Assembly (NCBI GenBank): GCA_964655015.1
Contig: CAZZKR010000011.1
Location: 21,444 to 85,443 of the forward strand
Direction of reading: 5' to 3'
Length of the DNA stretch: 64,000 bases
DNA from: an uncultured Nitrososphaeria archaeon
GTDB taxonomy: Archaea > Thermoproteota > Nitrososphaeria_A > Caldarchaeales > Wolframiiraptoraceae
The notes below the pieces were generated by a model that had not been told where the DNA came from, ran no database searches, and saw nothing but the letters and a program-made list of their open reading frames with translations. The position numbers and the translations under genes are program-made. Shown here piece after piece: positions 9,171-17,067 of this stretch (position 1 is the stretch's first letter; every line of letters starts with the position of its first letter).

Positions 9171-9429
9171 ATGCCAAAAGCATTCGTCCTGGTGAACACT
9201 GAGATACCCCGATAAAATAAGGGGCTCAAGAGGTTCTGAAGAAGAAGTGGTTAAGGAGCTAAGAAAGATCGACGCGGTTAAGGAGGCATTTATTGTCTAT
9301 GGTGTTTACGATGTGATAGTAAAGGTTGAAGCAGATAGTATGGACAAGCTTAAGGAAATAGTTTCATGGAAAATAAGAAGGTTGGATAAGGTCAGAAGCA
9401 CGCTCACGATGCTTGTGATCAGCGAGTAA
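9171..9429 (+). CDS. stand-alone Lrp/AsnC-type RAM-domain protein, frame interrupted by a 25-nt BHB-like insertion (predicted join 9171..9205,9231..9429; 77 aa)
   Basis: ATG 9171 is preceded by GTGAT (9161-9165) and TTTATAAA (9130-9137). It encodes MPKAFVLVNTE and then stops at 9213. The rest of the domain (GSEEEVVKELRKIDAVKEAFIVYGVYDVIVKVEADS...TLTMLVISE) lies in the +1 frame. Removing 25 nt gives a collinear family-like protein. Confidence 0.6.
9206..9230 (+). other. candidate bulge-helix-bulge intron inside a protein-coding gene
   Basis: Central helix U9200-G9203 pairs with C9225-A9228. The 3-nt bulges are 9204-9206 and 9229-9231. Inner helix C9207-C9210 pairs with G9221-G9224 around a 10-nt loop. 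The outer helix is 9194-9197/9233-9236 plus 9199/9232. Confidence 0.45.
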
Positions 9430-9855
9430 CTCTAACTGCTTAAAATAATACTCAAAGCTTAATCGCATCGCCTTAAAAGGTCTTAGTTATTATAAGGGTT
9501 CACGGTAAAGCTGATGAGATGGGCGGCGTAAGGCACGCATAACTACAAATTTTTTAGACTTTGTTACGAATTCAAAGAATATGGGAGTTTATAAAAAACA
9601 CAACAAAACTTATGTCAGGACAATAATGGTTCTACTAGGTAAACCTCCGGAAAAGACAACTGTAGTTAGATGAATGTTTACGTAGGAGACAAATGATAGA
9701 CCTCAAAGTTAATAGCCCCCTCACAACTTCCACAAAATAGTCGTTTAGCAGGTGTAATACCCATAACCTGTTGTATATATTACTAAATATAATACAGGGG
9801 CTTTTGGCTGAGAAACGCTCTTTTACTGCCTCTGAACCACCATTATCGAGCGGAA

Positions 9856-10032
9856 ATGGCTAGAGAGCTCGTAATAGTTGAGTCGAAAGTAAGGCAGCTA
9901 CTACCGGAGGGCATAAGACTCGCATCGGATGCGCTTGAAGGACTCGATCAAGTGGTCAGAGAAATAATCAAAAAAGCAGTTGAAAGATGCCAGGCCAACG
10001 GTCGCAAGACATTAATAAAAGAGGACTTCTAA
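9856..10032 (+). CDS. small histone-fold-like protein (DUF1931-like, 58 aa)
   Basis: Not in the ORF track because it is under 60 aa. MARELVIVESKVRQLLPEGIRLASDALEGLDQVVREIIKKAVERCQANGRKTLIKEDF aligns with helix1-L1-helix2-L2 of archaeal histones (..RVSDDA...A..AGRKTIK.ED). Confidence 0.55.
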   Translation: MARELVIVESKVRQLLPEGIRLASDALEGLDQVVREIIKKAVERCQANGRKTLIKEDF

Positions 10033-10136
10033 ACGACAGAACACTCAACAACTTGCCGTAAAGTCAAAAAAAGTTAGCCTGCAATCTCCTCGCATTTTTT
10101 AATTAGTTAATTGCAGTTATCATTGTTGTTCTAAGC

Positions 10137-11261
10137 TTAATCCACTGCTTTGAACCTCGACTTCAGTCTCTCTAAGATTGACGGCAACGTTGTATACTCC
10201 ATCTCGGACTCTTGGAGTCTTGCCGGTTGGAATTCGCCCATCGTCCTAAGGTAAATAGCGATCTCTGACGCAAACCTTCGCGAGTAGTCAAAGAACGGAT
10301 CTTCAAAGAGATCCGCCGGCTCTTTTCCGTTGACCCCGACGAGTTTTCCATTAGAGATTTGCCATCCCATGGCTATCACTCTAGGTGGTCCATCAAAATA
10401 CGAGACAACGTTCTGTCCCTTCTTGAACGATACTGGCATGAGTGGTCCTACATGCGAGCCACGCATCCAACCGCTTACGAGTGTTGGGACTGCAAAGGCA
10501 CTGAGCACTTCGCCGACGGCAGGTAATCCTGCCTGACACCTAACTATCATAACGGGGTCGTCCTTACCTACATACCTGCCGGCAATAAGGCTTAGTTTTG
10601 TCGTGCTGGTCGCCGCTGCGGGCTCTCTGTCTTTTGCCCTTAAAACCCTTGCGATAACATAATGGTTTGTTGTTCCGATCAAACCTATCAAATCATACAA
10701 CTCTTCGGGCGTCTTTAGCTCAACGGACTTTGATTCAATGAGGTCCAATACTTCAAAGATAAACCCTTCGTGCATGGTTGGATCGATAACCAGACCTGCT
10801 GTATTGTCCGGTGATGCAAATATCCTATATAATGGTATATTCCAAGCACCGGGCTCTGTTTTATCTGCAGCGAAGACTATTATGGGCTCTGACTTTCTTT
10901 CTTCGAACTCCATCTCCGCAACTCCTGGGCCCAGACCTTTGATGTTTCCACTAAAGGCATCACTCAAAAGATCCTGTCCTGCAGCATACAATTTCATGGG
11001 TTTCGATATTTTCTCTGTTATTTCGCGGAATGTATCCCATGCAAGGCCATGTATCTTGGGATTGTTCGGGCCCTTGTTGTGCGTCATAACAAGTATTATG
11101 TCATCGCCGCAGTGATTTACGTAGCCACTATTTATCAACCCTTCTTCTTCTGCATTGGTGAGCTTTCGTTCTGCATACTCTATCATAGCAGTATGGGGCT
11201 TATAGTGGCCCACAACGCTTCCAATATCCGCCTTTATAACTGATATCGTTACCTTTGACAG
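10137..11261 (-). CDS. fbp: bifunctional fructose-1,6-bisphosphate aldolase/phosphatase (class V FBPase); 5' end by homology, apparent CTG start
   Basis: Near-collinear with the archaeal FBPA/P family (SVIKADIGS, YAAGQDLLSDAFSGN, GWMRGSH, MEYTTLP). The conserved N-terminal KVTISVIKADIGS lies upstream of the first canonical start (GTG 11213). Confidence 0.85.
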   Translation of the reverse strand: MSKVTISVIKADIGSVVGHYKPHTAMIEYAERKLTNAEEEGLINSGYVNHCGDDIILVMTHNKGPNNPKIHGLAWDTFREITEKISKPMKLYAAGQDLLSDAFSGNIKGLGPGVAEMEFEERKSEPIIVFAADKTEPGAWNIPLYRIFASPDNTAGLVIDPTMHEGFIFEVLDLIESKSVELKTPEELYDLIGLIGTTNHYVIARVLRAKDREPAAATSTTKLSLIAGRYVGKDDPVMIVRCQAGLPAVGEVLSAFAVPTLVSGWMRGSHVGPLMPVSFKKGQNVVSYFDGPPRVIAMGWQISNGKLVGVNGKEPADLFEDPFFDYSRRFASEIAIYLRTMGEFQPARLQESEMEYTTLPSILERLKSRFKAVD

Positions 11262-11314
11262 ATTACACCACCACGTTTCTTTAGAGTGTATGTGGAAGTA
11301 TTTATCGTCTTCTG

Positions 11315-12736
11315 TTAAATGCTAGAAAACTTTTGATGGATGTCGTCGTTGTATTCTCGGTATTTTAAGATGATGGGGCACCAATCCTTTTCTGGACAAT
11401 ACCCTAATAATTTGCACTTTTCGCCCATCATCGAACCTACAAGCTCGTTAGCTTTTAACACTGAAGCCCAAAGCCTATACGCTATACCCCTTTCCTCATG
11501 CTGGGCATAACTGCACGTCCTCGTTGCGACAAACCCGATTGGGTAAAGAAGGTTAAACCCATCGTATACCCTAATCACATAAATCTTCACGGCTTGGGGA
11601 ATGATGTATGCAGCAGATGCGGGCGATGCACCTGAAGCGATAAGTTCTGCATAAGTTTTTAAGGCCATGTTGATGGTATCCAAAAATCGCTTTCTTAGGT
11701 CGGAATTCCTATTGATGGTCGGTGGAACTACGGCCCATCTTTCGACATCCTTTGAAGCCCTCTGCACGGCCGCATATATAGACTCGACAACCGTAGGCAC
11801 TGTTCTATGTCTGATTGCTTGGTGGTATGCCACAAGCGACATGGGTTCCAACATGCTTGCATATATTAGATGAGCAATTTGTTCCAAGCTTCCCAACTTT
11901 ATGTACGAGAGAGTACGTTCGCCCCCTATTATTCTAAAGTCAAGCAATTTTGGCTCATATGGCAAGCCGTTTTCTTCTGCAATCTTAGTAATTATATCTT
12001 CATCCTTGAATGGGTTTGGCAAAGGGTACGCGACGGGTCCACCATTAAACTTCATCCTCGCTCTGAAGATTGCCGGAGATACTTTCTCAATCATGTTGCT
12101 TATTTTATTCGCAAGAATTGCAACCTCGTTTGGAATGAGTCTGGATGACTTACTCTCAAGACCGAGCCTGATTAGCGGAATCATAGATTCAAGTGTTGTG
12201 CTTACAAAAAGGGAGGTCTTTATACCGAGCGGTAAAACATAACGTGCATCCTCAATCGGTATGCCCTCATCGCAAAATCGTGAGTAAACTTCAAAGCACG
12301 TCTCAGCAGAATGCTGGTATACGTCCTCTAAGCCCTTTGCGTTTATCTCTTCAGGACATAAAAGGTAAGACGAATCGACTTTTTTCCTCCTTTGCGACTC
12401 CTGAAGATAAGATCCAAAGCGTGACGCCACGAGTAGCATAGAACCTATCCTGCTACATCCTCTAACCTCAAACTGAATGGATACGCTTGTCGATAGTGAC
12501 GCATGGCCTCTTCGTGTGGATTCGCTATGCATCTTTGAAGCGAACTTTTCCAAATCCTTTCCTTTCTCAAGAAAGCTTTGCAACCTTTCTTCAAGTGATA
12601 TGCCCTCAAAAGTTCCAGTTCCCTCCAATGCGATAAAAATATCTGGCTCCAAAGTTAAGGTTCTTTGACCTATCGATACTTCGCTTTTAGGTCCGTAAGA
12701 ATAGAGATAAACCTCTAGGTCTTCGGGTCTTTGCAA
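11315..12736 (-). CDS. ThyX-family (flavin-dependent thymidylate synthase)-like protein, tandem two-domain form
   Basis: 473 aa with two ThyX-like halves. Half 1 has HASL..FEVRGCSR..QESQRR and EDARYVLP but lacks RHR. Half 2 has AIRHRTV and AQHEERG but lacks the SxRY serine. Confidence 0.55.
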   Translation of the reverse strand: MQRPEDLEVYLYSYGPKSEVSIGQRTLTLEPDIFIALEGTGTFEGISLEERLQSFLEKGKDLEKFASKMHSESTRRGHASLSTSVSIQFEVRGCSRIGSMLLVASRFGSYLQESQRRKKVDSSYLLCPEEINAKGLEDVYQHSAETCFEVYSRFCDEGIPIEDARYVLPLGIKTSLFVSTTLESMIPLIRLGLESKSSRLIPNEVAILANKISNMIEKVSPAIFRARMKFNGGPVAYPLPNPFKDEDIITKIAEENGLPYEPKLLDFRIIGGERTLSYIKLGSLEQIAHLIYASMLEPMSLVAYHQAIRHRTVPTVVESIYAAVQRASKDVERWAVVPPTINRNSDLRKRFLDTINMALKTYAELIASGASPASAAYIIPQAVKIYVIRVYDGFNLLYPIGFVATRTCSYAQHEERGIAYRLWASVLKANELVGSMMGEKCKLLGYCPEKDWCPIILKYREYNDDIHQKFSSI

Positions 12737-12828
12737 CTTAACTCCCGTCTAATTCTACTCAAACCTGATAAAAAGCTTACTAAGTGTTATTAATGCATAT
12801 AATCTCCCATTAAAAGGTATAACATAGT

Positions 12829-13020
12829 ATGAGCGGAATAAGAAGGCCTGAGGATGTGTTACGTGAGAGGCTTGGGGATGTGCCGATACTTGGACAAATT
12901 CAGCCCAGACCAGTGCTTTCATCCGACATAGAGTTGCTCATAAAAGAAGTTCAGATGCTCAAGACTGAAATCATAAAGATAAAGGCTGCTTTGAAAAAGC
13001 ATGGTATAGACGTGGATTAG
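12829..13020 (+). CDS. hypothetical small protein (63 aa, C-terminal amphipathic helix)
   Basis: ORF only. Fills an otherwise empty gap. Confidence 0.3.
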   Translation: MSGIRRPEDVLRERLGDVPILGQIQPRPVLSSDIELLIKEVQMLKTEIIKIKAALKKHGIDVD

Positions 13021-13023
13021 ACA

Positions 13024-13587
13024 TCATATCGGTAATTCTGGCTTGAGTGCCTTAACTAGCGGTCTAAGCTTTAAGAATATTAAACGTAAGACATTCAGGT
13101 CGTCTTTACAGTGATTCTTTATCAGCCTAACTGCGGCTCTATCACCTCTCATCGCTTTAACATAAAGGGAGGGAACATCTTGACCCAACGTCGTAACGTC
13201 CTTTTTTATTCCGAGAAATTTTGACACATGAAATAAGTCTGTCCTGCTAAGCTTGAGATTATTCCTGACGAACTCTGCTATGTCAAGATGATAGATAGAA
13301 AGCAAAGGTTCCACTTTCAAATTATGTTTTATCGTCCTAGAGATCAGAAACGGTATGTCGAAACTTTTCCCGTTCCAAGTGATTACTATGTGGTATTGCT
13401 CAAGCTTTTCCAGCAATTCCTCTAACTTATCCTTTTCTAGCTCCGGTCTATTCACAGATATGTAGCTGAATTTCCCATCATCCTCCATAATACCGGCTCC
13501 AACCATCGTTCCTACATCTGCCTCCAATGATGTGGCTTCTATGTCAAGGAAACAGATCCTTGGTCCAGCTTTTTTATGCTTTTGCAA
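13024..13587 (-). CDS. RNase H-like DEDD 3'-5' exonuclease (YprB/PolB-exo-like)
   Basis: Motifs FLDIEATS (DxE), WNGKSFDIPF and HCKDDL. Confidence 0.6.
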   Translation of the reverse strand: MQKHKKAGPRICFLDIEATSLEADVGTMVGAGIMEDDGKFSYISVNRPELEKDKLEELLEKLEQYHIVITWNGKSFDIPFLISRTIKHNLKVEPLLSIYHLDIAEFVRNNLKLSRTDLFHVSKFLGIKKDVTTLGQDVPSLYVKAMRGDRAAVRLIKNHCKDDLNVLRLIFLKLRPLVKALKPELPI

Positions 13588-13629
13588 AGCATAACACCGG
13601 TAACAAATCTTGCATCAAGATTAAAAAAG

Positions 13630-14361
13630 TTATCCAAACAATGCGCCATCCTGGAAACCATGCCTCTGTTCGTACCATGCCGTCCTTAATGTGCCCATCC
13701 TAACGTCGGTAAATTTTCGTAACGTCTTCACAAGAATCATTGTCTTGCTTAACGGAGGCTCCGGAAGTTTATGCCCATAATTGTCATATCCAACGTACAC
13801 GAAAATCGGTCTTATGTCTATCAACGATTGTACGAAATGCTCGTCAAAGTCTATGATGGGCTCTATGACCACTCCTTTGTATGGATACTTTATTTCTTTC
13901 ATGACTTCAATTCTTTCGGAAGGTTTTGGGGCTCGTGATAATCCATAATCACGGTTAGATTCTATAGTCGCAGCCAATACAACATTCATTGGAAACTCTT
14001 TCTCAAACTGTAAATACCGGTTAGGATTCTTTGTAAGGAACATAAACCGTGCATATGGCTGTCCTCTAATCACGTCTATAATGCTCCGTATCCATTCCTC
14101 TGGAACCCAATCACCAAAAAGATCGCCCATATCGCATACGAATACCGTGGAGCCCCTTCTAAAACGCCTCTTAAGTCTTTGAGGGAGGAATGTGGGTCTA
14201 AATGCGTTGCTTAAATAAGGCTCCACACCCATCAACGCAAGCCTTCTTGCCAGTCTTACAGCCCAGCAATAGGTGCATTGATGGTTGCACCCTATGACCG
14301 GGTTCCATGTCTCAGTTATTTCGCCAAATACATTCTGAGACTCCGTGTTTATCGCAATCAC
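13630..14361 (-). CDS. Gp37/Gp68-family (COG4422/PF07505-like) protein with CX3CX2C cysteine triad
   Basis: N-terminus TWNPVIGCNHQCTYCWA matches the WNP..GC...C..C(Y/W)A family signature. 243 aa. Confidence 0.6.
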   Translation of the reverse strand: MIAINTESQNVFGEITETWNPVIGCNHQCTYCWAVRLARRLALMGVEPYLSNAFRPTFLPQRLKRRFRRGSTVFVCDMGDLFGDWVPEEWIRSIIDVIRGQPYARFMFLTKNPNRYLQFEKEFPMNVVLAATIESNRDYGLSRAPKPSERIEVMKEIKYPYKGVVIEPIIDFDEHFVQSLIDIRPIFVYVGYDNYGHKLPEPPLSKTMILVKTLRKFTDVRMGTLRTAWYEQRHGFQDGALFG

Positions 14362-14459
14362 TACGCAGTCTCATAATCCAAGAAGTTAGACGTGCTTTTA
14401 TCGTTTACTTGTTTGATGCAAGAGAGTAGTGTAAAAGTATAAGTAGTGATAACGATTGT

Positions 14460-15170
14460 ATGCCTATGGCGAAGAGTTTGCCGAAAGTGCTTGAATTTCC
14501 AGTCATAGTCATCAATTTCAAAACGTATATCGAGTCGTTAGGTAACAGTGGTATGAAGATCGCAAAGGAAGCAGAACGTGTTTCTAATGAAACTGGCGTA
14601 TGCATATGTGTAGCACCACAGTTTACAGATCTTAAAAGTATAGCCAATGCAGTCAGCATTCCAGTCTTTGCCCAGCATGTTGATCCATATCCACCAGGCA
14701 GTTACACGGGTTCAATATCCGTTGAGGCACTCAAGGATGCGGGTGCGGTTGGTTCAATCCTCAACCATTCTGAAAAGAAACTACAATTAACAAGTATATT
14801 TACCGCTGTAAAAATGCTAAAGAATGCAGGTCTGCTATCTTTAGTATGCGCCGACGACGTCGAGCCAGCAATGGCTATAGCCGCATTAAACCCGACGATG
14901 CTTGCAGTTGAACCTCCTGAACTTATTGGGACCGGTATACCTGTCTCGAAAGCAAAGCCCGAAATAATATCAGAGAGTGTTCGGCGAATACGTAGCATTA
15001 ATAGGGACGTAAAAATTCTCTGCGGAGCCGGTATAACTAGGGGGGATGACGTGTATAGGGCAATCGAATTGGGCTCCGATGGTGTTCTATTGGCTAGTGG
15101 TGTCGTAAAAGCGAAGGACCCAGGAGCCGTAATAAGAGAAATGGCTGAGGCAATACTCAGCCTCCGCTAA
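14460..15170 (+). CDS. tpiA: triosephosphate isomerase (archaeal type)
   Basis: VIVINFKTY, NHSE (catalytic His region) and VEPPELIGTG (catalytic Glu). Confidence 0.85.
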   Translation: MPMAKSLPKVLEFPVIVINFKTYIESLGNSGMKIAKEAERVSNETGVCICVAPQFTDLKSIANAVSIPVFAQHVDPYPPGSYTGSISVEALKDAGAVGSILNHSEKKLQLTSIFTAVKMLKNAGLLSLVCADDVEPAMAIAALNPTMLAVEPPELIGTGIPVSKAKPEIISESVRRIRSINRDVKILCGAGITRGDDVYRAIELGSDGVLLASGVVKAKDPGAVIREMAEAILSLR

Positions 15171-15546
15171 CGTCTACGACCACTTGTAGAGGCTCACCCT
15201 TGCTGTTATATGCGACAATGTGTTTCTCGTTCAAGTATGGTGCCACAACTATAACTAGAACTCTGCCTATCATGTTGTTAAGGTCATCAACCGAAGGTGT
15301 TGGTATACCGGATGGATGGGAATGAGCTACACCGATTATAGAGAAGTCGATGGGTAACATATCCAGACGGAACTCGGAGAATCCTCTACCATACACCGAT
15401 GCGGGTGCCAGCAGGATTTCTTCTAGAATAATTTCCTGTTTGGTTTCCTTGCCCCTAAGGAGGACTATAACCTCGTTTGGATGGAGGTGTCTAGAAAGCT
15501 CCAAAAGGGCAACCAAAACGTCCTTTTTAAGTAATACCCTCTTCAT
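15157..15546 (-). CDS. JAB1/MPN/JAMM metalloprotease (desampylase-like)
   Basis: JAMM motif HSHPSGIPTPSVDD with an upstream Glu. 129 aa single domain. C-terminus ends ..VSGG. Confidence 0.8.
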   Translation of the reverse strand: MKRVLLKKDVLVALLELSRHLHPNEVIVLLRGKETKQEIILEEILLAPASVYGRGFSEFRLDMLPIDFSIIGVAHSHPSGIPTPSVDDLNNMIGRVLVIVVAPYLNEKHIVAYNSKGEPLQVVVDVSGG

Positions 15547-15625
15547 GGACCGCTAGCTTTATAGGTTAAAGGATTTTTAAAATCCTTAACCCTCATGCAT
15601 AAGCCTGGAGTTGGAGGAAGCCGGT

Positions 15626-17065
15626 ATGTCTGTCGTAGCGACCGCGATTAATAAGTTCACAAACTTCAGCAGTTGGTTTGATGATTTGATATTTCGGGCG
15701 AGAATCGCTGACAGTAGGTTCCCAGTTAAGGGCTTCATAGTCTACCTCGAGAACGGCATGTTCATCCTTGAAATGATAAGAAGAAGGTTGGAAGAGCTCC
15801 TTGTTGAGACTGGACACAAGACCATGATGTTTCCACTTGTAACTACTGATGAACTTTTTGCTAAAGAGGCGGAGCACATAAAGGGCTTCTCTTCCGAAGT
15901 TTTTGTTATAGAGAAAGCTGGCAATAAGCCGTTGGAGAGGAAGTTGATAGTGCGTCCCACATCCGAGACAATAATGTATCCTATGTTTAAATTATGGATA
16001 CGCTCACATGCAGACCTTCCGTTCAAAGTTCATCAAACAGTAAACGTTTATAGGTATGAAACAAAAGCAACGCGACCCTTGTATAGAGCGAGAGAGTTTC
16101 CATGGAATGAAGCCCACACCGCGCATGCTACTGCTGCAGATGCCGAGGAACAGGTGAGGGAGGCGATAGACATATACTCCCGAGTTCTTAAGGAGCTTGG
16201 TATAAGTTATCTTCTGCTGAAGAGGCCAGATTTTGATAAATTTGCTGGTGCGAAGTACTCAATAGCTTTCGATGCTTGGAATCCAGATGGTAAGGTCAAT
16301 CAAGTAGCCACTGTTCATAACCTTGGTAGGAATTTCTCGAAGGTATTTGAGATAGAGTTTGAACAAAAGGATGGTAGCAGGGCATTGGTATATCAACTCT
16401 GCTATGGCTTCGGTCTCAGCAGGGTTCTGGCAGCTGTTATTGCACAGCATGGTGACGATAGAGGCTGCGTATTTCCTCCCAGCATCGCACCAGTTCAAGT
16501 AGTTATAGTGCCGATACCATTCAAAGGTTATGAGGAACACATAATGTCATATTGTAAGAAAATTCATGAAAGGTTGGCGCGGACCTACCGATGTGTAATG
16601 GATGACAGGGAGGATGTTACGCCTGGTGAAAAGTTCTATCACTGGGAAATGCTCGGTGTTCCGGTAAGAGTTGAAATAGGTCCGAAGGAAGTTTCAAGTG
16701 ACAAGGTTACACTCTTCAGGAGGGATACCTTAGAGAGAATTGAAGTAGATTTGAATGAGGTCGAGGCACGTGTCGAGGAACTCATGACAAAAATTTTCAC
16801 GTCGTTGAAAGAAAGGAGCGCTAGGATAATGGAGCAGATGATAGTTGACGCCCATAGTCCGGATGAGGTAAAAAAAGCCCTATCAGAAAGAAAAATAGCA
16901 AGGATTGAATGGTGCGGTAAAGAAGAGTGTGCCCTAAAACTAAAAGAAAATGCTGGTGGCGAGATAAGAGGCAGCAGGTTTGATATAGTCGAGGTACCAC
17001 AAGGAAATTGTATAGTTTGTGGCGAAAAGGCCCAAGAAGTTGTCTACGTGGCCAAAGCCTATTGA
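15626..17065 (+). CDS. proS: prolyl-tRNA synthetase (archaeal/eukaryal type)
   Basis: FSSWFDDLI..ADSRFPVKG start, class II core, zinc-containing C-terminal domain ending ..VYVAKAY. ATG at 15626 is preferred over TTG at 15611. Confidence 0.9.
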   Translation: MSVVATAINKFTNFSSWFDDLIFRARIADSRFPVKGFIVYLENGMFILEMIRRRLEELLVETGHKTMMFPLVTTDELFAKEAEHIKGFSSEVFVIEKAGNKPLERKLIVRPTSETIMYPMFKLWIRSHADLPFKVHQTVNVYRYETKATRPLYRAREFPWNEAHTAHATAADAEEQVREAIDIYSRVLKELGISYLLLKRPDFDKFAGAKYSIAFDAWNPDGKVNQVATVHNLGRNFSKVFEIEFEQKDGSRALVYQLCYGFGLSRVLAAVIAQHGDDRGCVFPPSIAPVQVVIVPIPFKGYEEHIMSYCKKIHERLARTYRCVMDDREDVTPGEKFYHWEMLGVPVRVEIGPKEVSSDKVTLFRRDTLERIEVDLNEVEARVEELMTKIFTSLKERSARIMEQMIVDAHSPDEVKKALSERKIARIEWCGKEECALKLKENAGGEIRGSRFDIVEVPQGNCIVCGEKAQEVVYVAKAY

Positions 17066-17067
17066 CA

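Noticed and set aside
9196-9246. Programmed +1 ribosomal frameshift, or simple pseudogenisation, as explanations for the split RAM-domain gene.
   Set aside because: Not fully excluded. However, the frame change needs about 25-28 extra nucleotides relative to homologues rather than a 1-nt slip, and the stop is not preceded by a recognisable shifty codon. The extra nucleotides form a BHB with correctly placed 3-nt bulges, so the intron model explains more of the data.
9511-9518. CUGAUGAG motif, reminiscent of a C box or a hammerhead core.
   Set aside because: No D or D' box (CUGA) lies at sRNA-like spacing, there is no terminal kink-turn pairing, and no GAAA or stem II-III arrangement for a hammerhead.
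10030-10100. Apparent second split gene. In the +1 frame after the stop of the 58-aa histone-fold gene, the sequence reads ..QQLAVKSKK, resembling archaeal histone helix 3 (EDIKLAIKS).
   Set aside because: No BHB or other convincing structure spans the 16-25 nt that would have to be removed. No slippery site is present. As far as I recall, DUF1931-type proteins naturally end right after ..GRKT....D(F/L). The match is probably a short chance similarity.
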